DNA of 64,000 nt from the NCBI RefSeq assembly GCF_006345805.1, contig NC_043001.1, positions 133,672,001 through 133,736,000 of the forward strand, in the 5' to 3' direction. Both the position numbers and the translations under genes were made by a program. Positions 36,734-50,325 of the stretch are shown here, piece by piece. The DNA is from Octopus sinensis (taxonomy: Eukaryota). Positions within the stretch are counted from its first letter, which is position 1. Each line of letters opens with the position of its first letter. Under the pieces are notes generated by a model. That model searched no databases and was not told the origin of the DNA. It saw only the letters and a program-made list of their open reading frames with translations.

Positions 36734-38686
36734 ATTTGTTCAAACTATAATTTTTAGGTTTAAGTCTTCAAGAATTCAAGATCTTTTTGGAAGTTATCTA
36801 ATTGTTGGGCATTCATATTTTGAGACCATTTTTAAATACTTGATCTCATTGCTTTACAAATGCAAAATACAACAAACCACGAACTCATAAATTTTCCATC
36901 ATTGCATCAAAAAACATTTCACATCATTTTTTTTCTTTACCTATAAAGCGTTATTAAAAAGCAAGTAATGATCATTTGGATATTAATGATTAATTAAAAT
37001 ATAATTTTTAGTGGAATATAATGCTTTTTTGGAATACATTTTGATTATTGATATGTAAAATTCAAAATGGTAAATTAATGTATTTCTTTGTTGTTTACAT
37101 TATCGAAACCATTAATAGCAGGGTCTCCAGCGCTAGATTTACCCATTAAGCAAAATTAGCAGGTGCTTAGGGCATCAAGGAAAGGGTGGGGTCACCACAA
37201 AAATGGTAAATGGTTTACGACACAAAAGAAGTCACTTTAATCTTGCTAAAATAATATTCAAAGTGATTGGAAATATAATTTCAAAGTGTTCATGGTGTCA
37301 TAATGAGAATCTGATCAAAGAAAAATAGAAAACTTTCCAAATATAAATAAAGTGGAAGTACACAAATATAAATATTATTTCCCATCTTACTGTTAGTTTT
37401 GTTTCATTTTGAAAAATAAAAATGAATTTATGGTTTATTATTGCAGTCACACACAAAATGGCAACTTCCAAATCCTGTTTCCTGACTGGGTAAAAGTTAT
37501 CAAAGTTTAAATCTCTATAACTTTTTTAAAACATTTTTCTGGAAAAAGTGAAGTAACTCCAGCAATTCAGCTTGGAAAAGTATATCATTGTGCCAAATTC
37601 TAAAATTTTTGATCAACTTTAATTTTTGAAATGCTAGCAGCCAAACTAACTTCTTTCAGTTCACAGGAGATATGATGATGTTTCACTTGTACTCCATGTA
37701 TAAAGGTAAACTGAAGTAGACAACTTAATCGTGAAGGGAAGCAGTTTTAAGAGAACAAATACATTAATGCAAGTTCCATGTTACCTTCTCCAGGCCCATT
37801 GTAGGATTTGAACTCAGCACTGCAAGTTAACAAAGCACATATTTATTGTAAAAGTATGCGGGGGGGGTTGAAGCTGAAACAGTATATGGTTGTAATGTGA
37901 ACTAATACAAAGATGGACTTAAGGAGCCAATATTTTTCACCCTATGTCCATTAGACATATTAAATATTGAGAAGCGATATTAAGTGGAGAACATTTGTCA
38001 TATGTTTGTAATTATCCATAATTATTTTAGGGAATTCATCTTTACTTCCATAAGCATTGGTACTTGATGGTCAGGAAACTATAACAATTGTTATGAAAAA
38101 GTTATGGGGAATTTGTTTTCACTTCCCAAGTTAAAACAAGCATAAATAAATATTATGTTGGACTAAAAAAACTACCCTTTCTAATAGCGATCATTATCTC
38201 ATTAAGTGTTCACTAATATTCTAAAAATAGCTGCATTTAAATATAATTTCCTTTTCAGCTGAAAAACAAACACAGCTTTTATCACAATATATCTGACCTA
38301 GTAAAAACAAATATCTTTGCCTCTTTTTGTTCAGAATACAAAGAGAGTGGAGTAGGTAAGCTGAAGGTTGAGTGATTTGGGTACAAAATAAAAATGTTAA
38401 TTCTAACTTAACTATTGTTATAATTCTCTTTTTCTACTTTAGCCCCACAGAATATTGAGTTCAATGTTTTACATAATCTGTTTACTTAGGTTCTAATATG
38501 GTTACAAACAGCTTATACTCAACATGGAGCCACGTTTCACCATGGAGCTCAGAGAATGCTAGATTATTATTGTGATAAAGATCTGTATATTACTAAACCA
38601 GCCAAATTCCAAGCCTTTGGGGCAAGAAAATGGGGACTGAAAAAATACAAGCAAAGGCACTACAAACAAATATTTTAATTTTAACC

Positions 38687-39076
38687 GAGTGGCTGTGTGG
38701 TAAGTAGCTTGTTTACCAACCACATGGTTCCGGGTTCAGTCCCACTGCGTGGCACCTTGGGCAAGTGTCTTCTACTATAGCCTCGGGCCGACCAAAGCCT
38801 TGTGAGTGGATTTGGTAGACGGAAACTGAAAGAAGCCCGTCGTATATATGTGTATATATATATATATGCGTGTGTGTGTTTGTGTATCTGTGTTTGTCCC
38901 CCTAGCATTGCTTGACAACTGATGCTGGTGTGTTTATGTCCCCGTCACTTAGCGGTTCGGCAAAACAGACCGATAGAATAAGTACTGGGCTTACAAAGAA
39001 TAAGTCCCGGGGTCGAGTTGCTCGATTAAAGGTGGTGCTCCAGCATGGCCGAATGACTGAAACAAGTAAAAGAGTA
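38687..39076 (+). mobile_element. SINE family B
   Basis: Near-complete family B copy. Confidence 0.9.
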
Positions 39077-39723
39077 ACTCTTCCTACTTATCTGGTTTCC
39101 ATACTGCACAAAGAAACGTTCCCATAAGTGTAAAATTCGAAATTACACTAACGAGGCCTGCGACGTTGAAACACATATGTAATTGTGGACAAAATTAAAA
39201 TGTTAGTGATTGACATATTTTCCTCATCGTCCTTGTGACCATAAAAGGAATTATCAACATCACCACCATCATCATCATCGTGTAACTTGTTCAACCTGTA
39301 TTCATTTCATCGACCACGAAAGGGTGAAAGACAAAGTCGACCTCAGCAGAATTTGAACTCAGAAAGTAAAATCAGAAGAAATGCCACTAAACTGTTTCAT
39401 TTAGCTGACAAGAATGATCCCAATGATCCCAGTATTTCGTTCATTTCAGGGATTTTTATTGGGTACGTAAGTTGCCTTTTTCAAACACAATGATATTTCT
39501 TTGATTCTCAGTGTTGTAGGCCTACTGACTGTTTGAACCATGCATCTGCCACTACACCACAGAGCATCAGGAAACCACAGTTCTCCAAATTCACTGCTTC
39601 AATCTATTACATCCCTGTAACATAGCGGTTCAGCAAATGAAACCATGTGAATGGGAAACAAGCTTCTTACCACACAGCCATGCCGGCGCATGTATATATA
39701 TATATATGTGTGTATATATATGT

Positions 39724-40002
39724 GGAGGTGCAATGGCCCAGTGGTTAGGCAGCGGACTCGCGGTCGGAGGATCGCGGTTTCGATTCCCAGACCAGGCGTT
39801 GTGTGTGTTTATTGTGCGAAAACACCTAAAAGCTCCATGAGGCTCCGGCAGGGGGTGGTGATCCCTGCTGTACTCTTTCACCACTCTTTCTCTCACTCTT
39901 TCTTCTGTTGGCCTGCTCGCTTAGCCAGCGGGGTGGCTAAAACAATGCAAACGCATTGTGACCAGCGATGTGTAGCAACATCTGATGGTCTGGTCGGTCA
40001 CG
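39724..40002 (+). mobile_element. SINE family C with GGTCAC-type tail
   Basis: Matches 15151-15437. Confidence 0.88.
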
Positions 40003-40099
40003 AAATAAATAAAAAAATATATGTGTGTATACACACACACACACACATGCACACACACACACACATGCACACACACACACACACATGCACACACACACA

Positions 40100-40260
40100 T
40101 GCACACACATGCACTCACACACATATATAGTCCCACTGCGTGGCACCTTGGGCAGGTGTCTTTTGCTATAGCCTTGGGCCGACCAACACTTTGCGAGTGG
40201 ATATAGTAGAGGGAAACTGAAAGAAGCCCATCATATATACCATATTTATGTGTGTCTGTG

Positions 40261-40292
<32 letters not shown>

Positions 40293-40829
40293 CCTTCATA
40301 TTGTGTTTGTCCCCCATCACTGCTTGACAACAGGTGTTGTTGGTTTTATGTTCCCGTAACTTAGTGGTTCGGCAAAAGAGACTGCTAAAATAAGTACCAA
40401 GCTTAACAAAAAATTAAGTACTAAGGTCGATTCATTTGACTAAGAAAATTCAACACATTGCCACAGCATGGCCACAATCTAGTGACTGAAACACATAGAA
40501 GATAAAAGATACACACATGCACACACACATACACACACACACACACACCACACACACACACATGCGTGGTCGCATGCACACACACACATGCATGGTCGCA
40601 TGCACACACACACACACACACCACACACACATGCACACACACCACACACATGCACACACACACACACACATGCACACACACATGCACACACATGCACTCA
40701 CACACATATATAGTCCCACTGCGTGGCACCTTGGGCAGGTGTCTTTTGCTATAGCCTTGGGCCGACCAACGCTTTGCGAGTGGATATAGTAGAGGGAAAC
40801 TGAAAGAAGCCCATCATATATACCATATT

Positions 40830-40865
<36 letters not shown>

Positions 40866-41238
40866 CCTTCATATTGTGTTTGTCCCCCATCACTGCTTGA
40901 CAACAGGTGTTGTTGGTTTTATGTTCCCGTAACTTAGTGGTTCGGCAAAAGAGACTGCTAAAATAAGTACCAAGCTTAACAAAAAATTAAGTACTAAGGT
41001 CGATTCATTTGACTAAGAAAATTCAACACATTGCCACAGAATGGCCACAATCTAGTGACTGAAACACATAGAAGATAAAAGATACACACATGCACACACA
41101 CATACACACACACATGCACACACACACATACACACACACATGCGTGGTCGCATGCACACACACACATGCATGGTCGCATGCACACACACACACACACACA
41201 CACACATGCATGGTCACATGCACATGCACACACACACA

Positions 41239-41269
<31 letters not shown>

Positions 41270-41290
41270 CACCACACACACACACAGGCA
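40100..41290 (+). repeat. Tandem duplication (583-bp period) of a headless family B SINE plus CA/CATG repeats
   Basis: GTCCCACTGCG at 40130 and 40713; private variants shared by both units. Confidence 0.9.
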
Positions 41291-41800
41291 CACACACTCA
41301 TGCCAGTACATAAATGTTAAAGACTTCTAATTTTCCTGAGTTCCGATCTAACCACCCTGTTTGTTTTTCTTATCTCATCATGTATTTATTTTTATAGTAC
41401 CTTATACACTTACATACATAGAGTACACTCCGCCCACACACATGCAGGCACTAGTGATCCACATAATTGAGATATCTTGTGGATCTAAAAATAGATCAGA
41501 TATAAAAAAATAATAAAGAATATCAGTAAAATGTATCCAAAAATAGATCAAAATAGTCAGCCTATAATAGTGTAATGTGACACATGTCCATCTGGTATGT
41601 GACAGATGCATGGTTCAAGTGCATATATATATAGATTAGATACATAGATATTAGGTCATCTCATAAATAATGCGGGTTGTTTTATACTTCTTTTATTCTT
41701 CAAAATTAAAATAAACAAAGTTCTTTTTTAATCTAAAATAAACTCTCCTTCATTTTCTACAATGGTCTTCCATCTATCTGGTAGACTTACAAGTATGGGT

Positions 41801-42155
41801 GGAGGCGCAATGGCCCAGTGGTTAGGGCAGCGGACTCGCGGTCATAGGATCGCGGTTTCGATTCCCAGACCGGGCGTTGTGTGTGTTTATTGAGCGAAAA
41901 CGCCTAAAAGCTCCACGAGGCTCAGGCAGGGGATGGTGGTGATCCCTGCTGTACTCTTTCACCACAACTTTCTCTCACTCTTCCTTCCTGTTTCTGTTGT
42001 ACCTTGTATTTCAAAGGGCCAGCCTTGTCACTCTCTGTGTCACGCTGAATATCCCCGAGAACTACGTTAAGGGTACACGTTAATTTCACGAGCAGGCTGT
42101 TCCGTTCATCGGATCAACCGGACCCCTCATCGTCGTAACCGACGGAGTGCTTCCA
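41801..42155 (+). mobile_element. Near full-length SINE family C
   Basis: Head and tail (..AACCGACGGAGTGCTTCCA) match 21723-22106. Confidence 0.9.
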
Positions 42156-43205
42156 TCCAGACTTCCAAGGCCCCTCTTCCAAAATTCACTTGTCCATGAC
42201 GAAAATTACTCCTCCATGTCTGTTCTGACTTTGTCTACAGAATTCATATTTTTCCGTCCAAATGATTTTAAAGACTGTGGAATGAATGATAATCAGATGG
42301 GGCAATGTCCAGTGAATATGGTGGGTGGGGCATCGTTTCCTATTCAAGCTGCTTCAGCCTTTGGAATTTCATCCTCACTGTATGTGGCTGAGCATTATCC
42401 CGATGAAAGAATACCTTTTCTCTTGAAACCAAAGATGATCGTTTTTCTTCTAGTGCTGACTTAAACTACTCAAGCTGCTTACAGTAGATCTCCTTTGTTA
42501 TCGTTTGGTTCGGTTTAACCCTTTAGTGTTCAGATTATTCTATCAAACATAATGCTTATTGATTCCCATTGATTTGAATTAATCATGCATTATCTCATAT
42601 CTTCAAGATCTTGATGGTGTAATTACTTAATGTAGAATAACATTGTAGGGTAGGTGTGAGAGCCTGGACCTGGTCAGTTTGAACATAAAACAGATTAACT
42701 ATTTTGGCCGGATATGACCGGTTTAAATACTAAAGGGTTAAAAGTTCAAAGTGGACTAAACCTTTCATATCCTTCTTTAGCCTGGGGTGCCGGTGTTTCT
42801 CCTTTCCCTACCCACAGTCTTCAGCACTTGACATTTTTATAGAGAACCCATTTCTCATCACCAGTCATGTCCAAAAAAGGTTCATTCATGAGACATGACA
42901 GCAAATAAGAGCACACATTCACTCTCTGCACGCAATTAGATTTGGAAAGTTTGTGAGGAACCCATTGACCCAATTTTCTAATTTTTCCAATGGCACACAG
43001 GTGTCAATGAATGGTTGAATGACTAAATCCAAGCTTCTCTGCGAATTCCTTAATATATACAATGGGATTTTGTTCCACTAGGGTTTGCAAGACGTCCTCG
43101 TCAAGCACTACAGATCTTCCAGGACGTAGCTAGTCTTCTAGGCTGTAGTTTCCAGCTCAGAATTTCTGGAACCACCATTGACACTGGTTTCCACTTATTG
43201 CAAGT
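42156..43205 (-). pseudogene. Near-complete mariner transposase pseudogene, interrupted by a MITE
   Basis: HTH region, LGQWVPHKL, TGDEKWVLY, DMKGLVHFELL|PNQTIT, FHRDNAQPHT, PHPPYSLDIAPSDYH; multiple stops. Confidence 0.9.
42519..42737. mobile_element. piggyBac-type MITE
   Basis: TTAA|CCCTTTAGT...ACTAAAGGG|TTAA (TTAA at 42515-42518 and 42738-42741); related pieces at about 54305-54410 and 62235-62510. Confidence 0.85.
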
Positions 43206-45739
43206 TGATGCAAATAGTTTATCCCACCTCACTCCAACTTTTAGTTCATGCCAGCCTTTCTTTCTCTCCCCTTTTTACACTGAAAAAGGGAGAGAAAGAA
43301 AGGCTGGCTATGGGTCAGTCGTCTGAGCAGCATGCAGAGGAAAAAGAGGGCGAGGGAGAGAGAGAATGACAGAAAGAAAACAAGGGAAGGGATGAAGGGT
43401 GGAAAAAGGAGAAAGGCTAGAAATAGAAGTATGAGGGCAAGAGAGAGGAAAAAGGAGAAAGAAGATTGGCTAGAAATAGAAGTAAGAGGGCATGGAGAAA
43501 AGGGAAAGGCTAGAAATACAGTCGCACGGACAGTGGCAGCTCATGTATAGGAACTGCGGAACTGCAGCACCCCCTATTTCCACTCGATATTATTGATACC
43601 ATTCAATATAATGAGTTCTTTCTTCTTTAATTCTTTCTGTATACTTGTACATTATATAATCTTTAAGCTTAATGTCAGTAGCCATCCCCTAGTTTATGAA
43701 AATAATACAAAAATCCTTGTATAGAGCTGTGTGCCTCACAGTTCCAGCGACACAGTGTTTGGCTGTTGTGTGCATGCTCACATGTCCGAGATAGGAAGCT
43801 TCACACTAGGGAGGGAGAGCACTGCAAGAACGAAAATGCCGGGTGAAAAGTAGTGTTTCTTTTCGACTCTGCATGTGTTGTGCTTAAAATGTGCCTATAT
43901 TCTTGAATGTGATAAAGTGTAGAATTTGATTATTATCCTGCTTCCAGCTTCAATGTTGCTGCCAGGATTTGAAAAATAGGGCACATTTCACCACCCCTTA
44001 TTTTGTGATTTAGTGGGGACTTTTGAAAGACAAGGGGCAATTTGTGGCGGTGTTCCATGAACAAATTAACAGACTACCTGACAGCGGCTAAAATGTGAAC
44101 CGATCAAGTTTATGTATAAATTTTCTTTTATTTTTTTTCTTGTTTCAGTCATTTGACTGTGACCATGCTAGAGCACCACCTTTAGTTGAGCAAATCGACC
44201 CCAGGACTTATTCTTTGTAAGCCTAGTACTTATTCTATCAGTCTCTTTTGCCGAACTGCTAAGTGAAGAGGAACCCACCACCTTTTCCGAGCTGCACCAT
44301 TGTCTCTTGAGACGGACGGACGGATGCCGACGACGACATACTCAAGACACAGAAATAGCCACTTTACATTTTGTACAGATGCACTCCAATTTTATTCAAG
44401 AAGAGTGCAATATTTTACGTTGCATCAACAACTTATCAAGTTGAGAACAATTATGGCTATCGAGAGAGTATGATAGCAAACAATAAAAAGCAACTGACAG
44501 CCTGTTAATTGAAATGACAGAGTTTAAACTTATGAGACAGGATAACTCAGGTATTTTGAAAGATTAAATCATTTGTATTGTATGTGTGTAAAAAGAAACC
44601 AGCCTTACACATAACAAATGAAATATTTCGTTGGTGCCTCTACACCGATAAATGGAAAATTCGCAAACACTCGACTAACCTTTCACACACTTTTCCCTTT
44701 CCACACTTTGGTTAGTATTCCCTACACCAATAAACTGTTGGAGTTATGCACACACTCACATAAATACTTTTATATGTATGCTTTACATTATGGTGTGGAC
44801 AATCCTTATTTAGAATACAGAAATATTAACTTCTCTTGCCGGATTTACTCTAGTACTGCAAAAATATCTTCCTTAAAAACACTTTCAGATATATCTACAT
44901 GAACATCTGTATACATTCAAGTGTCTCAAGTGTATGTGTCTCAACCACTCTGTTATATATATCCTCATATATTCATATCATCTTGTATCTCAGCATAGAT
45001 ATAAAACATGTGTGTATTTATAGACAAACACACACTACAAAACACAATATGTCTAAAAAAGTTAGTAATTGGTAGAAACTTTCTATATAAGGAAACAAAG
45101 GGGAAGTTTCAGTAAAAAAATATAACAAAAATAAAGCAGTTATACTTTATGTTTACTGAAAATAGTCAATAGCCTGTTTAATTATAATAAAATTCAAACT
45201 ACCATATATATATATGTGGGGTGGGAGAGGATTGCATTTAATTTTAGGACATAAGGAAATTACTTTTAGAAATAAATGAAAAGCCCTGGATAATCAAAAA
45301 AAAGTATAAACTCACATAAACTGCACGCGTGCGCGTGTGTGCCTGTAATTCAAGGTGCATTATTTTGTGTTTTGGGGTGTTGAGTTCATGATCATTAGAT
45401 CCCAGTTTCAATTCTCAGATAAGGTGGTGTGTTGTGTCTAGATTGAACTCAGTTTTAATTAGTTTAAACTGACAAGATACCTGCAAGACACTTCATTTCA
45501 TGTTGCTCCAATATCTTTAACTGAAGAAACAGGTACTCCATCGGTTACAAGACAAGAGATCCCAGTTAATACAATCAACTGAACAATGTGCTTGTGAAAT
45601 TAAAAGGCAAGTGGCTGAACACTCCACAGACACAGACCGAATGGATTGCAACAACTATCAGGGCATCTCACTCCTGAGTATTGCAAGTAAGATCTTTGCC
45701 CATATCCTTATCATTATATATATATATAGCATGTGAACA

Positions 45740-46060
45740 AAACATTCGAGCGAGGTCATTGCCAGTGCCGCTGGACTGACTCCTGTGCAGGCGGCACGTA
45801 AAAAATACCATTTGAGCATGGCCGTTGCCAGTACTGCCAGACTGGCTCTTGTGCTGGTGGCACATAAAAGCACCCGCTACACTCTTGGAGTGGTTGGCGT
45901 TAGGAAGGGCATCCAGCTGTAGAATCTCTGCCAGATCAGATTGGAGCCTGGTGCAGCCATCTGGTTCACCAGTCGTCAGTCAAATCGTCCAATCCACACC
46001 AGCATGGAAAGCAGACGTTAAACAATGATGATGAAGATGATGATATATATATATATATAT

Positions 46061-46115
<55 letters not shown>

Positions 46116-46405
46116 TTGTTTTCTATTTGCTGCAGTATTACTCATGTGCAGGTGGCACGTAAAAAACACCATTTGAGCATGGCCGTTGCCAGTACCGCCT
46201 GGCTAACCCTCATGCAGGTGGCACGCAAAAGCATCAACTACACTCTCGAAGTGGTTGGCGTTAGGAAGGGCATCCAGCAGTAGAAACTCTGCCAGATCAG
46301 ATTGGAGCCTGGTGCCGCCATCTGGTTCACCAGTCGTCAGTCAAATCGTCCAACCCACACCAGCATGGAAAGCAGACGTTAAACAATGATGATGAAGATG
46401 ATGAT
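45740..46405 (+). mobile_element. Two tandem copies of SINE-like family D with (GAT)n tail
   Basis: GTGGTTGGCGTTAGGAAGGGCATCCAGC block (resembles the Meta-SINE central domain as recalled) and ...GACGTTAAACAATGATGATG tails. Confidence 0.8.
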
Positions 46406-46707
46406 ATATATACACAAATATATACACACACACACATATATAAGACAATTACAATGAATACAGAGATTTATGCATCTCTATATTTTTCATTTCTGCAGCC
46501 AAATATACAACATATTTGATTTAAATATGTCCGATATGTTTCTTCTACATAGACATCTAGCAATTGGATTTGCATCCAGTTATTTTTGACTGGTTATTAA
46601 TCTATGCAAATTTATCCAAGGTCCATCCACTGATGTAGTCTGAAGCAAAATATGTGTATGTAGGTTTAGCTATCATTCTTTCGTCAGGTTGCTATAGTTT
46701 TTGAATA

Positions 46708-47080
46708 GGCACAGGAGCAGCTGTGTGGTAAGTAGCTTGATTACCAACCACATGGTTCCGGGTTCAGTCCCACTGCTTGGCACCTTGGGCAAGTGTCTTC
46801 TACTATAGCCTCAGGCCAACCAAATCCTTGTGAATGGATTTGGTAGACAGAAACTGAAAGAAGCCCGTCGTATGTTTGTGTGTGTGTGTGTGTTTATCCT
46901 CCCACCATCGCTTGACAACCGATGCTGGTGTGTTCAGGTCCCTGTAACTTAGCAGTTCGGCAAAAGATACCAAAAGAATAAGTACTAGACTTACAAAGAA
47001 TAAGTCCTGGGGTTGATTTGTTCAACTAAAAGTGGTGCTCCAGCATGGCTGCAGTCAAATTACTGAAACAAACAAAAGAA
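46708..47080 (+). mobile_element. SINE family B
   Basis: Full-length, moderately diverged copy. Confidence 0.88.
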
Positions 47081-47380
47081 CAAAAAAAATGAAGAATGTG
47101 AGAAGATTTGGAAACTTGATACGGCTATTAAAACTGGTATGAGGTCAACCTCACCTCATAGCGGTTTTTATAGCCATATCAGGTTTCCGTCATGCATAGA
47201 ACACATTTAAACAAATACATGGTTTAATTGACTGTAGAAATAAAAAAAAAAAATTCAGATGTACTACTCTCCGTATTCATTGTAATTGTCTTGGATATAC
47301 ACTTGGCAAAATAACTATAACCCAGCAAAACAAACCCAGGATTTACATATCGGATGAAACAAATTGTGATTGTTTACCTT

Positions 47381-47918
47381 CATCATTGTTCGACCGTGGT
47401 CGAGACAATGGAATTTACTATGCTACGCCAGACTTCATGGTCCATCATAGCATTATGGTGGTCATGTTGCTGGATGCCTGTATCCCTGGAGATTACATCA
47501 GGGTAGGAGAGTGTGCGCCCTCTGGTATCACGAGTAGATGGCTTCCAGAGGAGAAGAGTAGAAATTGCCTTGTTTTCAGCTCTACAACAATGTCCAGCAA
47601 ACTGGACTCTTCTACCTTTCACAAGAGATGATACAGGTGGTAGTTTCCCATATATTTGTATTTTGGTTGGATGACGCTTCCACGAGAGATTTTGAGCTCT
47701 CATAAGGAGGCAAGTGTAAGTTCCATCCAACTGCCTCTCAAGCTTCTTTGATAACGTCCAGGTTTCTGAGCCATATAGTAGAATTGGTTCAACTGTGGCT
47801 TTGAGAATTTTAAGTTTGAAATCTCTACTTAGATTTGATGACCAGATCTTATGCATATCATTACAGGCTGACCAGGCCATACTCTTTCTAGTTAGAAAAT
47901 CTTTTCCAGATGATGATA
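47381..47918 (-). mobile_element. 5'-truncated RTE LINE (family 1) with 10-bp TSD
   Basis: TGTTTACCTT at 47371-47380 and 47919-47928; open frame ISSSGKDFLTRKSMAWSAC...VEPILLYGSETWTL...TTVEQ*. Confidence 0.92.
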
Positions 47919-48028
47919 TGTTTACCTTAAACAATCCTAGATGCTCCTTACAACTCAATGAGGTTAGCCATAAGCTGGATTATAACTGAGTGATCATACG
48001 GTACCTGCATGGATACTTTATCCCTATC

Positions 48029-48031
<3 letters not shown>

Positions 48032-48077
<46 letters not shown>

Positions 48078-48660
48078 CATCATCCTCATCAATTACAGCT
48101 TGTATCCAAGCATTGGGTTCGTCAGTTTCCATCCAGTCTCCTTGGCTGATGTTTGTGCCAAAAGTGAATTTGGAGTCCAAGTTGGTGGTGAAAGAGTCAT
48201 GGGTGGAACTCATATGGGATGGTCAGTGCAGATTGAGGATGTTGAAGATGCTCCTTTATACTCTTGCATTTTGCCTCTTCATTCTGTTGTCTGTTCTGCT
48301 TGAAGGAGCTGGCTCCATTGTGGATAGCAGCCCTCTGTGCTGTCCTATCCTATCTGTTCCCATGAGGATGGCTGGATGTTAGCTTGAGCCAAGGTCTGTT
48401 TGAGCTGGTCTTTGAAATGGAATTTCGGACCTCCTCTGGGTCTTGTTCCAATTGCAAGTTCTCCATAGAGCACGATCCTTGGTAGACAAGAGGGCTCCAT
48501 ACACTGGACATGACCTGCCCAGTAGAGGCGATGGCAAAGAACGGTGGCTTCAACACTTGGTAGTGAAGAACATTGATGTTGCTAATGTGATCTTCCCATT
48601 ATATGTTGAGGATCTGTTACAGCTTTGATTACTGGAAGCATTCAAGGCACTTGAAGTCAC
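48032..48660 (-). mobile_element. Decayed RTE-BovB-like LINE 3' end (family 2)
   Basis: QILNI*WEDHISNINVL..HRLYWAGHVQCME..LPRIVLYGELAIGTRPRGGPKFHFKDQLK..SWEQ; (GAT)n(TAA)n tail. Confidence 0.82.
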
Positions 48661-48670
48661 AGCAGTAGCT

Positions 48671-48762
48671 CCATCTACAAGAAGGGAGACTGAGTGGATT
48701 GCAACAACTATCAGGGCATCTCATTCCTGAGTATTGCAAGTAAGATCTTAGCCCGTATCCTT
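48671..48762 (+). mobile_element. RTE reverse-transcriptase N-terminal motif fragment
   Basis: IYKKGD*VDCNNYQGISFLSIASKILARIL; second copy at about 45635-45712. Confidence 0.8.
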
Positions 48763-48766
48763 ATCA

Positions 48767-48816
<50 letters not shown>

Positions 48817-50325
48817 ACACACACACATTTAGTGTTAATTGTCAGAGAAAAAATACTGAATGCTATACAAGAGATTAATAATATATTTTATTTTAAGTCT
48901 GTCTCTTGTTTAGTTTTTACCTGTAAGAACACAGGATCTTCAGGTTAGTTATATATGCATGTATGTGTGTGTATATACATACATGCATGTATACAATTGT
49001 AACGAACAGTAAGAATGAATACTCAACACAGCATTGGTGGTTAAACACAGTGGATTTTCTTCAAAACAACCTCTGAAAGTGGAACAAAAACTGGTTACTC
49101 AAGGATTATGACCATCAGCAATATATAACCCTATAAATGGCTATACATACTCATATATGATATTGACAATATATATAAAATAAAGCATGAAACTATCAAT
49201 ATTTATACCAACATGGCTCAAAACATATCGCTTCCTCCTCGGTAAGGAACAAGAAAATAAGGTGAATTAATAAAAGTTTCCACACAGTCACCAGACATGT
49301 GTGAATAGCAGCCAAATTCCTTCATTACACTCTTTTACTCTTTTACTTGTTTCAGTCATTTGACTGCGGCCATGCTGGAGCACCGCCTTTAGTCGAGCAA
49401 ATCGACCCCGGGACTTATTCTTTGTAAGCCTAGTACTTATCCTATCGGTCTCTTTTGCCGAACCGCTAACTGTTTTAAAATGTAAGAACACTGTAAGAAC
49501 ACATTGTACCTTGTAGTCTAAGACAAGGTGGTCACTGTTGGAATACTTTCATTTACAGGTCAGCTCAAACAGGCTGTTCTGAGGCTAAGCAGTACATAAA
49601 ACAGTAAAATACCTAATACTTTTTTTTTATATTTATGTATTTATTTTGGAAGATTCTTGATGGTGAAATCCTGTGTTGGAGCAGATCTTATCATACTTGG
49701 GGATGGTCATGTTTTGCCAATCAAACACACTCACTATGTATTTGGTCTTCATTTCAGCTTTATCATTATTATTTTTTAATCTCTTTACACATCTGGTGAC
49801 TTCTTCAACAACTCTTTATCCCATGCTTCTCCCCTTGTTCTGTTTATTCCATTTTATCCTTCTGTGAGCCGTGTGTGTGTTTAATTGGCAAACTATGGCC
49901 ATCCCCAAATATAACAATACTTTTGTTTTTTATTCTTTTACATATTTCAGACATTGGAATGCAGTCATGCTGGAGCACTGCCTTATAGAGTTAGTCAAAC
50001 AAATTAACGCCAGATTTTTTGAAGTCTGGTATTATTCTTTAGTATGCATTTTGTAAGGTACACAAATGAACATAGTTGGATCTTTTCTGTTTGGTTACAC
50101 CTGTGGAAATTTCAAAGTTTAGTGAAAATTTTAAAAATTGGTGTACTGAAGTAATTTTCCATGCTGAATCTCAGAGAGTATTTCACTTTCCCCAGAAAAA
50201 AAATTTTTTTTTAAACTTATAGAGGGTTAAAATTTGGTCATTTTTATCCAGTGAGAAAACATGATTTGAAAGCTGTCATTTTGTACATGACAGCACAAGT
50301 TGTAAACATAATCTTATAAACAATA

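Noticed and set aside
47919-47958. N-terminal MSCKEHLGLFKVN of the 191-aa ORF
   Set aside because: Lies in or beyond the TSD, so it is host flank read in frame with the truncated RTE and not a real start.
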